This document shows, in pieces, positions 43,644-55,079 of a DNA stretch of 64,000 bases; position 1 is the first letter of the stretch; each line of letters starts with the position of its first letter. Both the position numbers and the translations under genes were made by a program. This stretch comes from an uncultured Methanoregulaceae archaeon (lineage in GTDB: Archaea > Halobacteriota > Methanomicrobia > Methanomicrobiales > Methanospirillaceae): positions 64,001 to 128,000 of the forward strand of contig OY970343.1 in assembly GCA_963717525.1 (NCBI GenBank), in the 5' to 3' direction. The notes under the pieces were generated by a model. The model saw only the letters and a list, made by a program, of their open reading frames with translations. It ran no database searches and was not told the origin of the DNA.

Positions 43644-44751
43644 AGACCAGATCATTGACGAACTCAGAAAACAGGGGATCGATCTTGTCAGCTCGGTTCC
43701 CTGCGACCGGGCAAAGGGCCTCTTTTTCAGGCTGCCCGAAAAATTCCGGCATATCGGCCTTACCCGGGAAGAGGATGGCGTGGGCATATCGGCGGGGGCG
43801 TACCTTGCCGGAGCCCGGCCGGCGATTGCCCTCCAGAGTTCTGGTCTCGGGAACATGCTCAACGCGATCCTCTCCCTCACGGTGACCTTCGGCCTCCCGC
43901 TCCCGATCCTTGCGAGCTGGCGGGGGTGCGAAGGGGAGAAGATCCCGGCCCAGATCCCGTTCAACCGCCCGCTTCCCGCTATCCTTTCCGCAGCCGGCAT
44001 TGCCTGCAGGGAAGTCTCCGGCCCCGATGCGCCACAGGAGATTGGTGAAGCGGTCGCGGCGGCATATAAAAACCGGGCCCCTCAGGTCATCCTTCTACGG
44101 CCGGAGTGCCTTACCGAGACCGGCTGCAGTGCACCATTTCAGCCGGCATCCACCCGGCCGTTTTCCCTTTGCTACGAGAGGAACTGGCGGCCTCCCACGA
44201 TGACCCGGTACGACGCGATACAGGCCATCACGGGAAGTGTGCAGGACGAAGTGCTGGTCGCAAATATCGGCGTTCCCTCAAAGGAGCTCTACACGGCCCG
44301 GGACCGGCCGGAGAACTTCTACATGCTGGGCAGTTACACGCAGGCATCCGCGATCGGCCTTGGCATCGCCACAGCACGGCCGGACAAAAAAGTGATCGTG
44401 ATTGACGGTGACGGGAGCCTGCTTGGCTCTGCGATCCTGCCGGTGATTGCAGCAGCGGGCCCGAAAAACCTCACGATAGCCTGCCTTGACAACGGCGTCT
44501 TTGGCAGCACCGGCAACCAGCCGAGGCCAGGGCAGGATACTGCGGACCTCGCACTCATGGCGCTCGGGGCTGGATTTGTGCATTCCACAACCGTGCATGA
44601 ACCAGGGGAACTCGAAGATGCGCTGGCCTCTCGGAAAAGTGACGGGCCGGCATTCATCCACGCCCGCATCCGCCCCGGAAATAGCGACGTGCCCAATATC
44701 CCCTTGTCCCCGTCACAGATCCGGGAACGGTTCATGGCCGCGCTTCTGTGA
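43636..44751 (+). CDS. comDE: Sulfopyruvate decarboxylase, fused alpha/beta
   Basis: SVPC, TREEDGVG, QSSGLGN, FYMLGS, DGDGS TPP-binding motif. Confidence 0.92.
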   Translation: MDEDQIIDELRKQGIDLVSSVPCDRAKGLFFRLPEKFRHIGLTREEDGVGISAGAYLAGARPAIALQSSGLGNMLNAILSLTVTFGLPLPILASWRGCEGEKIPAQIPFNRPLPAILSAAGIACREVSGPDAPQEIGEAVAAAYKNRAPQVILLRPECLTETGCSAPFQPASTRPFSLCYERNWRPPTMTRYDAIQAITGSVQDEVLVANIGVPSKELYTARDRPENFYMLGSYTQASAIGLGIATARPDKKVIVIDGDGSLLGSAILPVIAAAGPKNLTIACLDNGVFGSTGNQPRPGQDTADLALMALGAGFVHSTTVHEPGELEDALASRKSDGPAFIHARIRPGNSDVPNIPLSPSQIRERFMAALL

Positions 44752-44828
44752 CCGGCTCCAGAATTATGGGGCCTGATCGGAAAAGAGCGGGGAAAAAGAG
44801 ATCTTCTCCTGATCTTTTTAAAATATTG

Positions 44829-45692
44829 TCAGAGCAGGGGATCAGGAAGTTCCGTGCCGTAGACCGGAAGTTTTGATCCTGATACGAGCACCGGCCGGTC
44901 TGACCGGGCGATCTTGTCGAGGATGAGCTGCCTGCCCCGTTTTGTGAGCGCAAAGACCGGGACCGCTGTGCCTGCCTGCAGGAGCGCCCGGGCCCCCGCG
45001 ATCTGCCAGATCCATTTCGAAGCGCAGGCTGTCACGATATCTGCTACCCCGACAATCTGTTCGGCATCTGCCTCGGTAATGCCACTCATATGCACTCCGA
45101 AGATGAATGTTTCCGGGAACTGATCCCGGATTGCGGTTGCCGTTTCCGCGGAGGCAACCGTCACCGCGACACGGGAAAATCCCTTCTTGTACGCCCGGGC
45201 GACGCCGAGCACCGGGTCGACCGTTGCATGTGCCCGGTCGAGGACAAACCCTCCCTCCTTCTCGATCCTGTCCATCTCCTCTTTGATCGGCGAGGTGCTC
45301 ACGAGTCCGGACATCCTGCCGCCGATCCCCTGGACCATTTCCGGGGTAGTCACAATCACGGTTCCCGCACCGTCGCTGGCGAGGACTGCGGCATCAAGGG
45401 TCCCGGAAAGGATACCGGAACTGATCAGTTCAGACGCGCCAAATCCCACAAAATCCACAGTGCTGCTGATCTTCCGGTGCGGCCGGCACATGCCCCACGA
45501 ATGTATCCGGTGCTCAATGTTTGCCTTGACCGCTTCCGGGGTGATCTCGTTCACCGGCAGGGCAAATTTTTTTGCAAGCGGGCACTGGCGAAGCCGGGAG
45601 ACCGAGACTTCGGCTACGTTCCCGTTTTTTATGATGATCTTCGAACGTCCCACCGCTTCTATTACGTGAATGTCTTCCTCATTTTCGGACAT
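44829..45692 (-). CDS. Methanogenesis marker 8 protein (DUF2099)
   Basis: HVIEAVG, CPL, FVGFGASE, DGAGTV, QGIGGRMSGLV, TACASK motifs. Confidence 0.88.
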   Translation of the reverse strand: MSENEEDIHVIEAVGRSKIIIKNGNVAEVSVSRLRQCPLAKKFALPVNEITPEAVKANIEHRIHSWGMCRPHRKISSTVDFVGFGASELISSGILSGTLDAAVLASDGAGTVIVTTPEMVQGIGGRMSGLVSTSPIKEEMDRIEKEGGFVLDRAHATVDPVLGVARAYKKGFSRVAVTVASAETATAIRDQFPETFIFGVHMSGITEADAEQIVGVADIVTACASKWIWQIAGARALLQAGTAVPVFALTKRGRQLILDKIARSDRPVLVSGSKLPVYGTELPDPLL

Positions 45693-45852
45693 GGAATATT
45701 CCTCTTTTCTCCTTTGTCATATACGGAAAATCAACCCATCCTTTTCTTCCGGGAGAGGTGCCGCAGATATCATGTTCAGAACAAAGCCATGCTTGCTTAG
45801 GTGTGCTATGAAAACCGGGGAATAATAACCTCATGTACTCTGGCAATCATCG

Positions 45853-46761
45853 TTACAGCGCGAGCATCCGTTCTATCGCATCACGGGCACGGACTGCAGT
45901 CTCTTTCGGAACCGTGATCCTGGGCCTGAGCGTGACCAGTGCGTCGCGGACGTGTGCAAGGGTGGTCTTCTTCATGTTCACGCAGACGGCCTTCTCCGAG
46001 AGCGGGTAACAGTGCTTTCCCGGGCACTCTTTTGCAAGCCGGTGCAGGATGCCGATCTCGGTACCTATGATAAACTCGGTTCCGGGTGCAGCTTTGACGT
46101 GGCTGACGATCCCCGATGTGCTCGCGACGTGATCCGCACGGTCGATGACTTCAGGCCGGCACTCCGGATGGACGAGGACAACGGCGCCCGGGTGCACCTG
46201 TTTTGCCCGGGCAACATCGTCCGGGGTGTAGCGGTCGTGGACCAGGCAGAAGCCTTCCCACGGTAACACCGTCTTTTTGGTGAAGCGCGCCACGTACTGC
46301 CCGAGGTTTTTATCCGGGACAAAGATCACCTCATCCTCCGAAACTGCGTTGACTACCTTAACTGCGTTTGCCGAGGTACAGCAGATGTCGCTCTCCGCTT
46401 TGACGTCGGCAGTCGTGTTCACGTAGCAGACGACTGCTGCGCCCGGGTGACGGGTGCGGGCGAACCGGAGCTCGTCTGCGGTCACCATCCCTGCCATGGG
46501 GCAGCAGGCATCGATCGCGGGCAGCAGGACCGTTTTTTCCGGGGCAAGAATGGCGGCGGTTTCCGCCATGAAATCGACCCCGCAGAAGACGATAACATTG
46601 CCGGCCATCGCCGCCGCAGCACGGGCCAGCTCCAGCGAATCGCCGGTGATATCAGCGATGTCCTGCACCTCGGGCCGCTGGTAGTTGTGCGCAAGGATGA
46701 TCGCGTTTCTCTTCTTCTTAAGGTGCAGGATCTCATCCTGCAGCATACTTGCGTCCTGCAT
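45853..46761 (-). CDS. nadA: Quinolinate synthase
   Basis: LAHNYQ, GDSL, CGVDFMAE, YVNT, CLVH, HPEC, CVNMK motifs. Confidence 0.95.
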   Translation of the reverse strand: MQDASMLQDEILHLKKKRNAIILAHNYQRPEVQDIADITGDSLELARAAAAMAGNVIVFCGVDFMAETAAILAPEKTVLLPAIDACCPMAGMVTADELRFARTRHPGAAVVCYVNTTADVKAESDICCTSANAVKVVNAVSEDEVIFVPDKNLGQYVARFTKKTVLPWEGFCLVHDRYTPDDVARAKQVHPGAVVLVHPECRPEVIDRADHVASTSGIVSHVKAAPGTEFIIGTEIGILHRLAKECPGKHCYPLSEKAVCVNMKKTTLAHVRDALVTLRPRITVPKETAVRARDAIERMLAL

Positions 46762-46883
46762 CGGCAAACCCACGTGTGTTTGTATCGTAGTAGTGTGTCG
46801 CGGTGCATCAAAAAGTCGCTGGCGGGGCCCTTGCCGTACCGGGATGTTTATGCACCGGGGATTCCTATCTTCTATCGACGACC

Positions 46884-47078
46884 ATGAAAGTAATCCTGCC
46901 GGATCAGGGCATCCGGGTGATGGAGCACGGCCCCGGAACGGTCGCGGCGCTCCTGCACGAGCTCGGTATCAACACTCTGGAAGTGATGGTGGCCCGTAAC
47001 GGCACCCTTGTCCCCGAGCAGGCAGCAATCGGCGGGGATGACGAGATCAGGGTCATCCGGATCGCGCACGGGGGATAG
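46884..47078 (+). CDS. ThiS/MoaD/SAMP ubiquitin-like sulfur carrier
   Basis: 64 aa, VARNG motif, ends in RIAHGG. Confidence 0.88.
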   Translation: MKVILPDQGIRVMEHGPGTVAALLHELGINTLEVMVARNGTLVPEQAAIGGDDEIRVIRIAHGG

Positions 47079-47082
47079 GCCG

Positions 47083-48018
47083 GTGAAGCACCCTGCTGCG
47101 CCCGTTGATGTCCCGGCCTGTTCCTGCTGCGGGGAACCGGCGGTCATATACCAGCCGGTAAGCCGGCGCCATCTCTGCGGCATTCACCTTGTACGTGATG
47201 TGGAAAAGCGGGTTGCATCGACCATAAATGAGGCCGGGCAGATCCATGCGGGCGACCGGATCGCAGTGGCATTAAGCGGGGGAAAGGACAGGTACAGCGC
47301 TCCTTGTCATCCTTTCCCGGCTCCTGCCCGCGTGGCCGGGCGCGGATCTCGTTGCCATCACTGTGGATGAGGGGATTGCCGGGTACCGCACTGACACCAT
47401 ACGGGCAGCAGAGGCCCTGACAGGACGGCTTGGGGTGGACCACCGCATCGTCTCCTTCCGTGACCTTGTCGGCGCCGACCTCGATACCCTGCTTGCGGGA
47501 CGCGAGACAGAGGCCTGCACCATCTGCGGCATCCTGCGCAAAAAAGCACTCACGGATGCAGCCCGTACAGCCGGGGCGACCGCGATCGCCACCGGCCACA
47601 ACCTCGATGACGAGGCCCAGTCAGTGCTGATGAACGCTTTCCGGGGGATCTTCCCCGGCTCGTCAGGAACACCGGTACCGGCCGGTCGGCCCTGTTCCTC
47701 CCGAGGATCAAACCCCTTGCTGCTGTAACGGAGAAGGAGATCGCGGCCTATCTTTTTGTGCAGGGTCTTTTTTCCGTGCTGCCAGAATGCCCGTACACGA
47801 GATACGCACTGCGTGCCGAAGTACGGAGCCTGCTTGCAGGATTGGAGGACCGGCATCCCGGGACGATGCAGCATCTCGCGGACAACAAAAAAAGTATCGA
47901 ACGGTACTGTGCGGGGACACCGGTCATGGAATCCCTGCACCACTGCCGGGAGTGCGGCGACCCCTGCTCCGGCGAAATCTGCCAGGTCTGCCGGCTCCGG
48001 CACTCACTGGGAAAGTGA
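47083..48018 (+). CDS. TtuA/NcsA-type tRNA 2-thiolation protein; two apparent frameshifts (~47291, ~47645)
   Basis: N-terminal Zn finger, SGGKD(S) PP-loop, CTICG, TGHNLDDEAQ, CPY, C-terminal CRECG...CQVC. Confidence 0.85.
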
Positions 48019-48783
48019 AGGGGCGCCCTGTACCCGTTCAGGGTGAGTGTAGATAATCATCTTCGCGCTGCGGACAAACCCGACAATGCATACCCCGGTC
48101 TGCTCTGCGATGGTGACGGCAAGGGTCGTCGTCGCACCGCGTGATATCATCACCGGGATGTTTGCGATCAGGCACTTGCGCACCATCTCGGATGATACGC
48201 GGCCGGAGCAGATGGCAAACGTCTTTGAGAGATCGATCTTATTTTTCAGGCCGTACCCGATCACGCGGTCAAGCGCGTTATGCCTCCCGATATCCTCGGA
48301 ACGGGTGATGATACCGTCTTTTGATGCGAGCCCGACGACGTGGATACCACCGGTGATAGTGTGCAGTTCGGATTCGAGCACTTCCCTGGTGGTTGCACTG
48401 AGCAGGTCAGGAGTGACAGACAGGTCCGAGGTGATTCTGGGAAGTTTTTCGGTGTCGATAAAGGATGCAGCCCCCCCGCACCCGGAGAGGATCGTCTTTT
48501 TCGGGCCAAGCACCTTGAAGAGATTTTTGGTGATCACGCTGATCCGGTTTTTCTCGATCCTGATGGACTCGATCTCGTCGGCGCTTTTGATGATTTGTTC
48601 GGTAAACAGGTAGCCGGTGACAAAATCCTCAAGTCCGGTCGGGCTCATCATTGCGGTCATCGCATGCCTGCCGTTCACGAACAATGCCTCAGGAACCTCT
48701 TCGATGACCTCATGGGTACCGGTTTTTGCGGTCTGGCCTTCCATTTTTATGCAGGGCAGGTTCTTGAACATCGGTACCGTCAT
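48004..48783 (-). CDS. fdhD: FdhD sulfurtransferase family protein
   Basis: SGCG, TGGIH, EDIGRHNALD, SGRVSSEMV motifs. Confidence 0.92.
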   Translation of the reverse strand: MTVPMFKNLPCIKMEGQTAKTGTHEVIEEVPEALFVNGRHAMTAMMSPTGLEDFVTGYLFTEQIIKSADEIESIRIEKNRISVITKNLFKVLGPKKTILSGCGGAASFIDTEKLPRITSDLSVTPDLLSATTREVLESELHTITGGIHVVGLASKDGIITRSEDIGRHNALDRVIGYGLKNKIDLSKTFAICSGRVSSEMVRKCLIANIPVMISRGATTTLAVTIAEQTGVCIVGFVRSAKMIIYTHPERVQGAPSLSQ

Positions 48784-48806
48784 AAATGTCACCAGGCAGG
48801 GAGCGA

Positions 48807-49625
48807 TCAGGATCTTTTGCGGGCAGGTGGGAGCACTTCGTCCATGCTCCCTGTCCGGTACCCCTCCAGATCGAGGGTTACATAGGAGAACCCGAGTGCA
48901 CGAAGGGCACCTGTCACCGCAGCATGCATATCCAGTAATGCGTGCATCTCCTCTTTAGGCACTTCGATGCGGGCAACCTTCCCGTGGACCCTGACACGCG
49001 CCTGCACGAACCCTTTTCCGTGCAGGAATGCCTCGGCCCCCTCGACCATGTGGAGTTTTTCCCGGGTTATCGGATCGCCGTAGGGGATGCGGGAGGAGAG
49101 GCAGGCCGCCGATGGTTTGTCCCAGAAAGACAATCCCTCGTCCCGTGCAATCTCCCGGATATCGTTTTTGGTGAGGCCGGCATCGAGAAACGGATGAATA
49201 ATTCCCTCTTCAGTACTTGCGGCAAGGCCGGGCCGGTGTTCCCCGGTATCCGAGACGTTGATGCCATCTGCAACACAGGCAAAACCCAGTTCCTGTGCCC
49301 GCCGTTTGAGCACAGCAGCAGAGTTCTTTTTGCACCAGTAACAGCGTTTAGCGGGGTTCTTTGCGAACCGATCATCATCCATCATACTGACGGGAAGGAT
49401 CTCCAGCTCAAGGTTATACTTCCGGGCAATGAGCCGCGCCTCATCGATCGCTTCCCGCGGGACGACCGGGCTGTCGAGAAGGACGCACCGGGTCCTGTCC
49501 CCGAGTGCTTCCCGGGCAAGCACCGCGAGCAGGCTGCTGTCCACGCCGCCGGAGAAAGCAACGAGCAGGGATCCGTGCCCAGCGAGTGAATCGAGCAGGA
49601 GTTTTCGGCGGGCAGGGATTTCCAT
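48807..49625 (-). CDS. larE: LarE-family ATP-dependent sulfur transferase (PP-loop)
   Basis: AFSGGVDS, RCYWCK, RPG, ACLSSRIPYG, GYRTGSM motifs. Confidence 0.9.
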   Translation of the reverse strand: MEIPARRKLLLDSLAGHGSLLVAFSGGVDSSLLAVLAREALGDRTRCVLLDSPVVPREAIDEARLIARKYNLELEILPVSMMDDDRFAKNPAKRCYWCKKNSAAVLKRRAQELGFACVADGINVSDTGEHRPGLAASTEEGIIHPFLDAGLTKNDIREIARDEGLSFWDKPSAACLSSRIPYGDPITREKLHMVEGAEAFLHGKGFVQARVRVHGKVARIEVPKEEMHALLDMHAAVTGALRALGFSYVTLDLEGYRTGSMDEVLPPARKRS

Positions 49626-50045
49626 GGTGTGCACACGACCTTTTTAGAGACGCATCATTATCTGCGTGTTTTTATGAATGATTTTCGGGAGATACTCATT
49701 GAGATTACCGTGATCCGTTCCCGGTTCAGGACCCTCCGGGCTGTCGCCGGTAATTTTGTTTTCAAGCAGAAAGAAGTTTTGTTGATATATCATTGCATCA
49801 ATTATCATTTCAAACGGTGTTTATTTATACAATCCTGGTTCCGGCGATGGATTTCATCAGAGCATATACGGGTAAACCGCCGGAAAATGTCCCGGAATAC
49901 AGCCGGCCGCGAGCAGGGATCTACCCGTTGGCTGCGGTAATAAGGTATGCCGGAAAGAGATCAACAGAAAGCCGGCATACATGATAACCTTGAGCGTTAG
50001 AAATATTAACAATTGTGAACATACAGGTACTGTGGTTAACCATGA

Positions 50046-50330
50046 GTGATCGTCTTTGCTGTAACCAGCAGTAACGAAAAACGTGTACAGAATATTGGGC
50101 ACCTGCCGCCATCGGCAAAACTGGTGTATACCGTCCTCAGGGCCAACAGCCCGATGACTCAGAAAGATATTGTCCGGGAATCCTATCTTCCCGAACGTAC
50201 TGTCCGTTACGCGCTCTCCCGTCTCAGGGAGGAGAAGGTTCTGATCGTACATCTCTCCCTTGCCGATGCACGGCAGAGCCTGTACCGGCTTTCGGTGCGG
50301 GAAAACGAACCGGCTGCCATGGCGGCCTGA
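50046..50330 (+). CDS. Small winged-HTH transcriptional regulator (start uncertain)
   Basis: LPPSAKLVY..L....PMTQKDI.....LPERTVRYAL..L...DARQSLY motif. Confidence 0.82.
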   Translation: MIVFAVTSSNEKRVQNIGHLPPSAKLVYTVLRANSPMTQKDIVRESYLPERTVRYALSRLREEKVLIVHLSLADARQSLYRLSVRENEPAAMAA

Positions 50331-50562
50331 ATCGTCCCTTTTTCACTTTTCGCCGGTTCACGAAGGAATCCATTGTTGCAGGAATGCCGCCGGAAACGAT
50401 ATTCTTCCTCTTCGCGGAGTCAGGACCCGGCTCCTGAACAAAAATTACTGTGGGGAATATATTTTGCGCGCGAAATGCGTTCTCTGCATACAATTAAGTG
50501 CCAGAGTACCTGACATTTCCCTCGGAAACCAGGATCGGGAAAATCCTGCCGATGTCAGAACA

Positions 50563-50614
50563 TATAAATATTCACGATTGTTATCTTGTATAGTCAAAAT
50601 CACAATCGTGAATA
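50563..50614 (+). promoter_or_regulatory. TATA box plus a 13-bp inverted repeat upstream of tRNA-Cys/pscS
   Basis: TATAAATA at 50563-50570; TATTCACGATTGT (50569-50581) and ACAATCGTGAATA (50602-50614) are exact reverse complements. Confidence 0.65.
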
Positions 50615-50624
50615 CGCACAACAA

Positions 50625-50696
50625 GCCAGTGTGGCGGAGTGGTTACGCGGTTGACTGCAGATCAACTACACCCCGGTTCAATTCCGGGCGCTGGCT
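50625..50696 (+). tRNA. tRNA-Cys (GCA)
   Basis: Acceptor GCCAGTG/CGCTGGC, anticodon arm GTTGA-CTGCAGA-TCAAC, T arm CCCGG-TTCAATT-CCGGG, U73; CCA not encoded. Confidence 0.96.
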
Positions 50697-50721
50697 CTGC
50701 ACATAAAAAAGGTGACACACC

Positions 50722-52086
50722 ATGAGTATCCGAATCCAGAAAACATTCGAAGCACTCTTTGCTTTCGAAGAGATCCGCGGGCTCTTCCGCGAGTCCCTGC
50801 CAACCGGCTTTGACCCTGCGGAGGAGGCAGCGTTCCTGCAGAAGATTGCTGAAGTAAAGGCAATCCTTGCCGATCTCGAGGCAGGCACCGGCTCACCGAA
50901 GGTCACAAAGATTGCCGGCTCTATCGACCTGCGGACCCGGGAAGAGGAGTCCATCAACATCCAGCCGATCCAGGCAGCAGGCCGGCTGACCACGGAGGCG
51001 AGGAAGGCCCTCATCTCCTACGGTGACGGTTACTCGACGTGTGACGCCTGCCGGAAGCCGTTCCGGCTGGACAAGATCTCCCAGCCGGGCATAGCGGAGT
51101 TCCATGCTGACCTTGCGAAGTTCGTCAACATGGACCAGGCCCGGGTCGTTCCCGGTGCACGCCGGGGGTTCCAGGCAGTTGCAGGCACGCTCGTGAACAA
51201 GGGGGACAGTGTGGTAGTCTCGGCGCTCGCCCACTATACCGAGTTCCTGGCCGTGGAAAATGCCGGTGGGGTCGTAAAGGAAGTGCCGCTCGACGACAAA
51301 AATATCGTGACTGGCGAGGCAACGGCACAGAAGATCGAAGAGGTCAAACGGGAGACCGGAAAACTCTCGGTGCTCGTCATGATCGACCACTTCGACTACC
51401 AGTTTGCAAACGAGCACGAAATCAGCGAAATCGGAAAAGTCGCCCACCAGTACGACATCCCCTTCCTCTACAACGGGGCATACACGGTCGGCGTCCGGCC
51501 GGTCGACGGCAAGAAGATCGGGGCAGACTTTGTCGTCGGCTCCGGACACAAGAGTATGGCATCGGTCGCGCCGTCCGGGGTACTTGCAATGACCGATGAA
51601 TGGGTGCCAAAGGCACTCCGCACCACCGCGATGGTCGGCGACCTCACCAAACGGAAGTTTGGCATCAAGGAAGTGGAAATGCTCGGCTGCACGCTGATGG
51701 GAGGGACCCTGCTCTCGATGATGGCATCGTTCCCCGCAGTAAAGGAACGGGTGCTCCACTGGGATGAACAGGTGAAGCGCTCCAACTACTTCATCGACCG
51801 GCTCCTGAAAATTGAGGGGAGCAGGGTGCTCTCCGAGTACCCGCGTAAGCACACGCTCACCAAAGTCGACACCACGGGAAGCTTTGACACGGTCGCACAG
51901 ACCCACAAGCGCCGCGGCTTCTACTTCAGCGACGAGCTGTCGTCCCGCGGGATTGTCGGCGAATTTGCCGGGGCAACCCGGACCTGGAAACTGAACACCT
52001 ACGGCCTGTCCGAAAAGCAGATCCGCTACCTTGCCGAGGCCTTTACCGGGATCGCAGAGAAATACGGGATCCCTGTTGCGCCGTAA
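50722..52086 (+). CDS. pscS: Sep-tRNA:Cys-tRNA synthase with N-terminal extension
   Basis: PIQAAGRLT, DGYSTCDAC, GARRG, HYT, GSGHKSMAS, EMLGCT motifs; ~60 aa extra helical N-terminus. Confidence 0.93.
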   Translation: MSIRIQKTFEALFAFEEIRGLFRESLPTGFDPAEEAAFLQKIAEVKAILADLEAGTGSPKVTKIAGSIDLRTREEESINIQPIQAAGRLTTEARKALISYGDGYSTCDACRKPFRLDKISQPGIAEFHADLAKFVNMDQARVVPGARRGFQAVAGTLVNKGDSVVVSALAHYTEFLAVENAGGVVKEVPLDDKNIVTGEATAQKIEEVKRETGKLSVLVMIDHFDYQFANEHEISEIGKVAHQYDIPFLYNGAYTVGVRPVDGKKIGADFVVGSGHKSMASVAPSGVLAMTDEWVPKALRTTAMVGDLTKRKFGIKEVEMLGCTLMGGTLLSMMASFPAVKERVLHWDEQVKRSNYFIDRLLKIEGSRVLSEYPRKHTLTKVDTTGSFDTVAQTHKRRGFYFSDELSSRGIVGEFAGATRTWKLNTYGLSEKQIRYLAEAFTGIAEKYGIPVAP

Positions 52087-52226
52087 CGCCGGTTACCCGG
52101 TGTAATTATGCAATCCAGCGGATTTCTCAACGTAAAATGAAACCGATATTTCAGGTATCCCCGCAGGAATCAACCCGTTATATGAAATCCAGAGAAGCAA
52201 CAAGCAAAGAAAAAAATCCTGTATAA

Positions 52227-53543
<1,317 letters not shown>

Positions 53544-53546
53544 GAT

Positions 53547-55028
53547 ATGAGTATGCTCCGTGGTTCGCTCGGTATTGTCACAACCGGATACGCAGACCTC
53601 CCCGGCCCCTTCACGTTAGAGAGCGGGGCAGTCCTGCCTAAGGTGACCATCGCCTACGAGACCTACGGCAGGCTCAATAAAGAGAAGAGCAATGCGATCC
53701 TCATCTGCCACGCCCTCTCGGGCGACGCCCACATAGCCGGGTTCCACGAAGGAGAAGAGAAACCCGGGTGGTGGGACGCGGTGGTCGGGCCGGGTAAGGC
53801 CTTTGACACCGAGCGCTATTTTGTCATCTGCAGCAACGTGATCGGGGGGTGCAAGGGCTCGACCGGCCCTTCATCCATAAACCCCGACACCCTAAAACCC
53901 TACGGCGCAACCTTCCCGGTGGTGACCATCCGCGATATGGTCAACGCCCAGAAAGGTCTTATCGATGTTCTTGGCATTCCCGAACTCTACGCGGTTGCCG
54001 GCGGATCGATGGGCGGCATGCAGGCGCTCCAGTGGACCGTCTCGTACCCGGACCTGGTAAAAAAGGCGATCATCATAGCCGCGACCGGGTACTCGACGCC
54101 CCAGCAGATCGCGTTCAATGAGGTCGGCAGGAAGGCGATCATCTCGGATCCCGACTGGAACAAAGGAGACTATTACGGGAAGGAGATCCCCTCCCACGGC
54201 CTCGCGCTGGCCCGGATGGTCGGCCACATCACGTACCTCTCCGATGAGTCGATGCATACGAAGTTCGGGAGGGCCCTCCAGGGAAAAGACCGGGTCGGAT
54301 TTGATTTCTCCACCGAGTTTGCCATCGAGAGCTACCTCCACCACCAGGGGGATACGTTCACGAAAAGGTTCGATGCGAACTCGTACCTCTACATCACCAA
54401 GGCCATCGATTACTTCGACCTCACCCGGGAGGGATCCCTTACCACCGGCCTTGCGGCGGCAAAGGCAGCGTTCTTTGTTATCTCCGTTACCTCGGACTGG
54501 CTCTACCCGCCCTACCAATCGCAGGAGATCGTGACGGCGCTTACCGCAAACGAGCGCGAGGTGCACTACTGCGAGATCCGGTCCAATTACGGCCACGACG
54601 CATTCCTGCTCGAATCCGGCCAGATCAATTACCTGATCACGAGGTTCCTCTCCCATACAGTCGTTGGCGACGTGATGATCCGCGACGTCGAGTGTATCGA
54701 GGAGGGGACGACGATTGCGGTCACCGCCCGGCGGATGATCAAGTGCAGTGTCAACCACCTGCCGGTCCTTTCCGCTAGCGGCCAGCTCGTGGGGATCGTA
54801 ACGTCCTGGGACATTGCAAAGGCAGTTGCGTCCAACTTCCTGTGGCTCGACGAGATCATGAGCCGCAGCGTGGTCACGACCACCGAGAACGAGCCCGTGG
54901 ACGAGGCTGCCCGGAAGATGGAGGCGCACTCGATCTCCGCGCTGCCGGTCATCGATCCCGAATCGCACGTAATCGGGCTTATCACGAGCGATGCCATCAG
55001 CATGCTCGTCGGCAGGCAGAACCCGTGA
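53547..55028 (+). CDS. metX: Homoserine O-acetyltransferase with C-terminal CBS pair
   Basis: CHALSG, GGSMGG, DWLYP, GHDAFL motifs; CBS domains in the last ~120 aa. Confidence 0.93.
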   Translation: MSMLRGSLGIVTTGYADLPGPFTLESGAVLPKVTIAYETYGRLNKEKSNAILICHALSGDAHIAGFHEGEEKPGWWDAVVGPGKAFDTERYFVICSNVIGGCKGSTGPSSINPDTLKPYGATFPVVTIRDMVNAQKGLIDVLGIPELYAVAGGSMGGMQALQWTVSYPDLVKKAIIIAATGYSTPQQIAFNEVGRKAIISDPDWNKGDYYGKEIPSHGLALARMVGHITYLSDESMHTKFGRALQGKDRVGFDFSTEFAIESYLHHQGDTFTKRFDANSYLYITKAIDYFDLTREGSLTTGLAAAKAAFFVISVTSDWLYPPYQSQEIVTALTANEREVHYCEIRSNYGHDAFLLESGQINYLITRFLSHTVVGDVMIRDVECIEEGTTIAVTARRMIKCSVNHLPVLSASGQLVGIVTSWDIAKAVASNFLWLDEIMSRSVVTTTENEPVDEAARKMEAHSISALPVIDPESHVIGLITSDAISMLVGRQNP

Positions 55029-55079
55029 TCTTCACCACACACTAACAACAAGACTGAAATCGATTATTGGACAGGGGAA

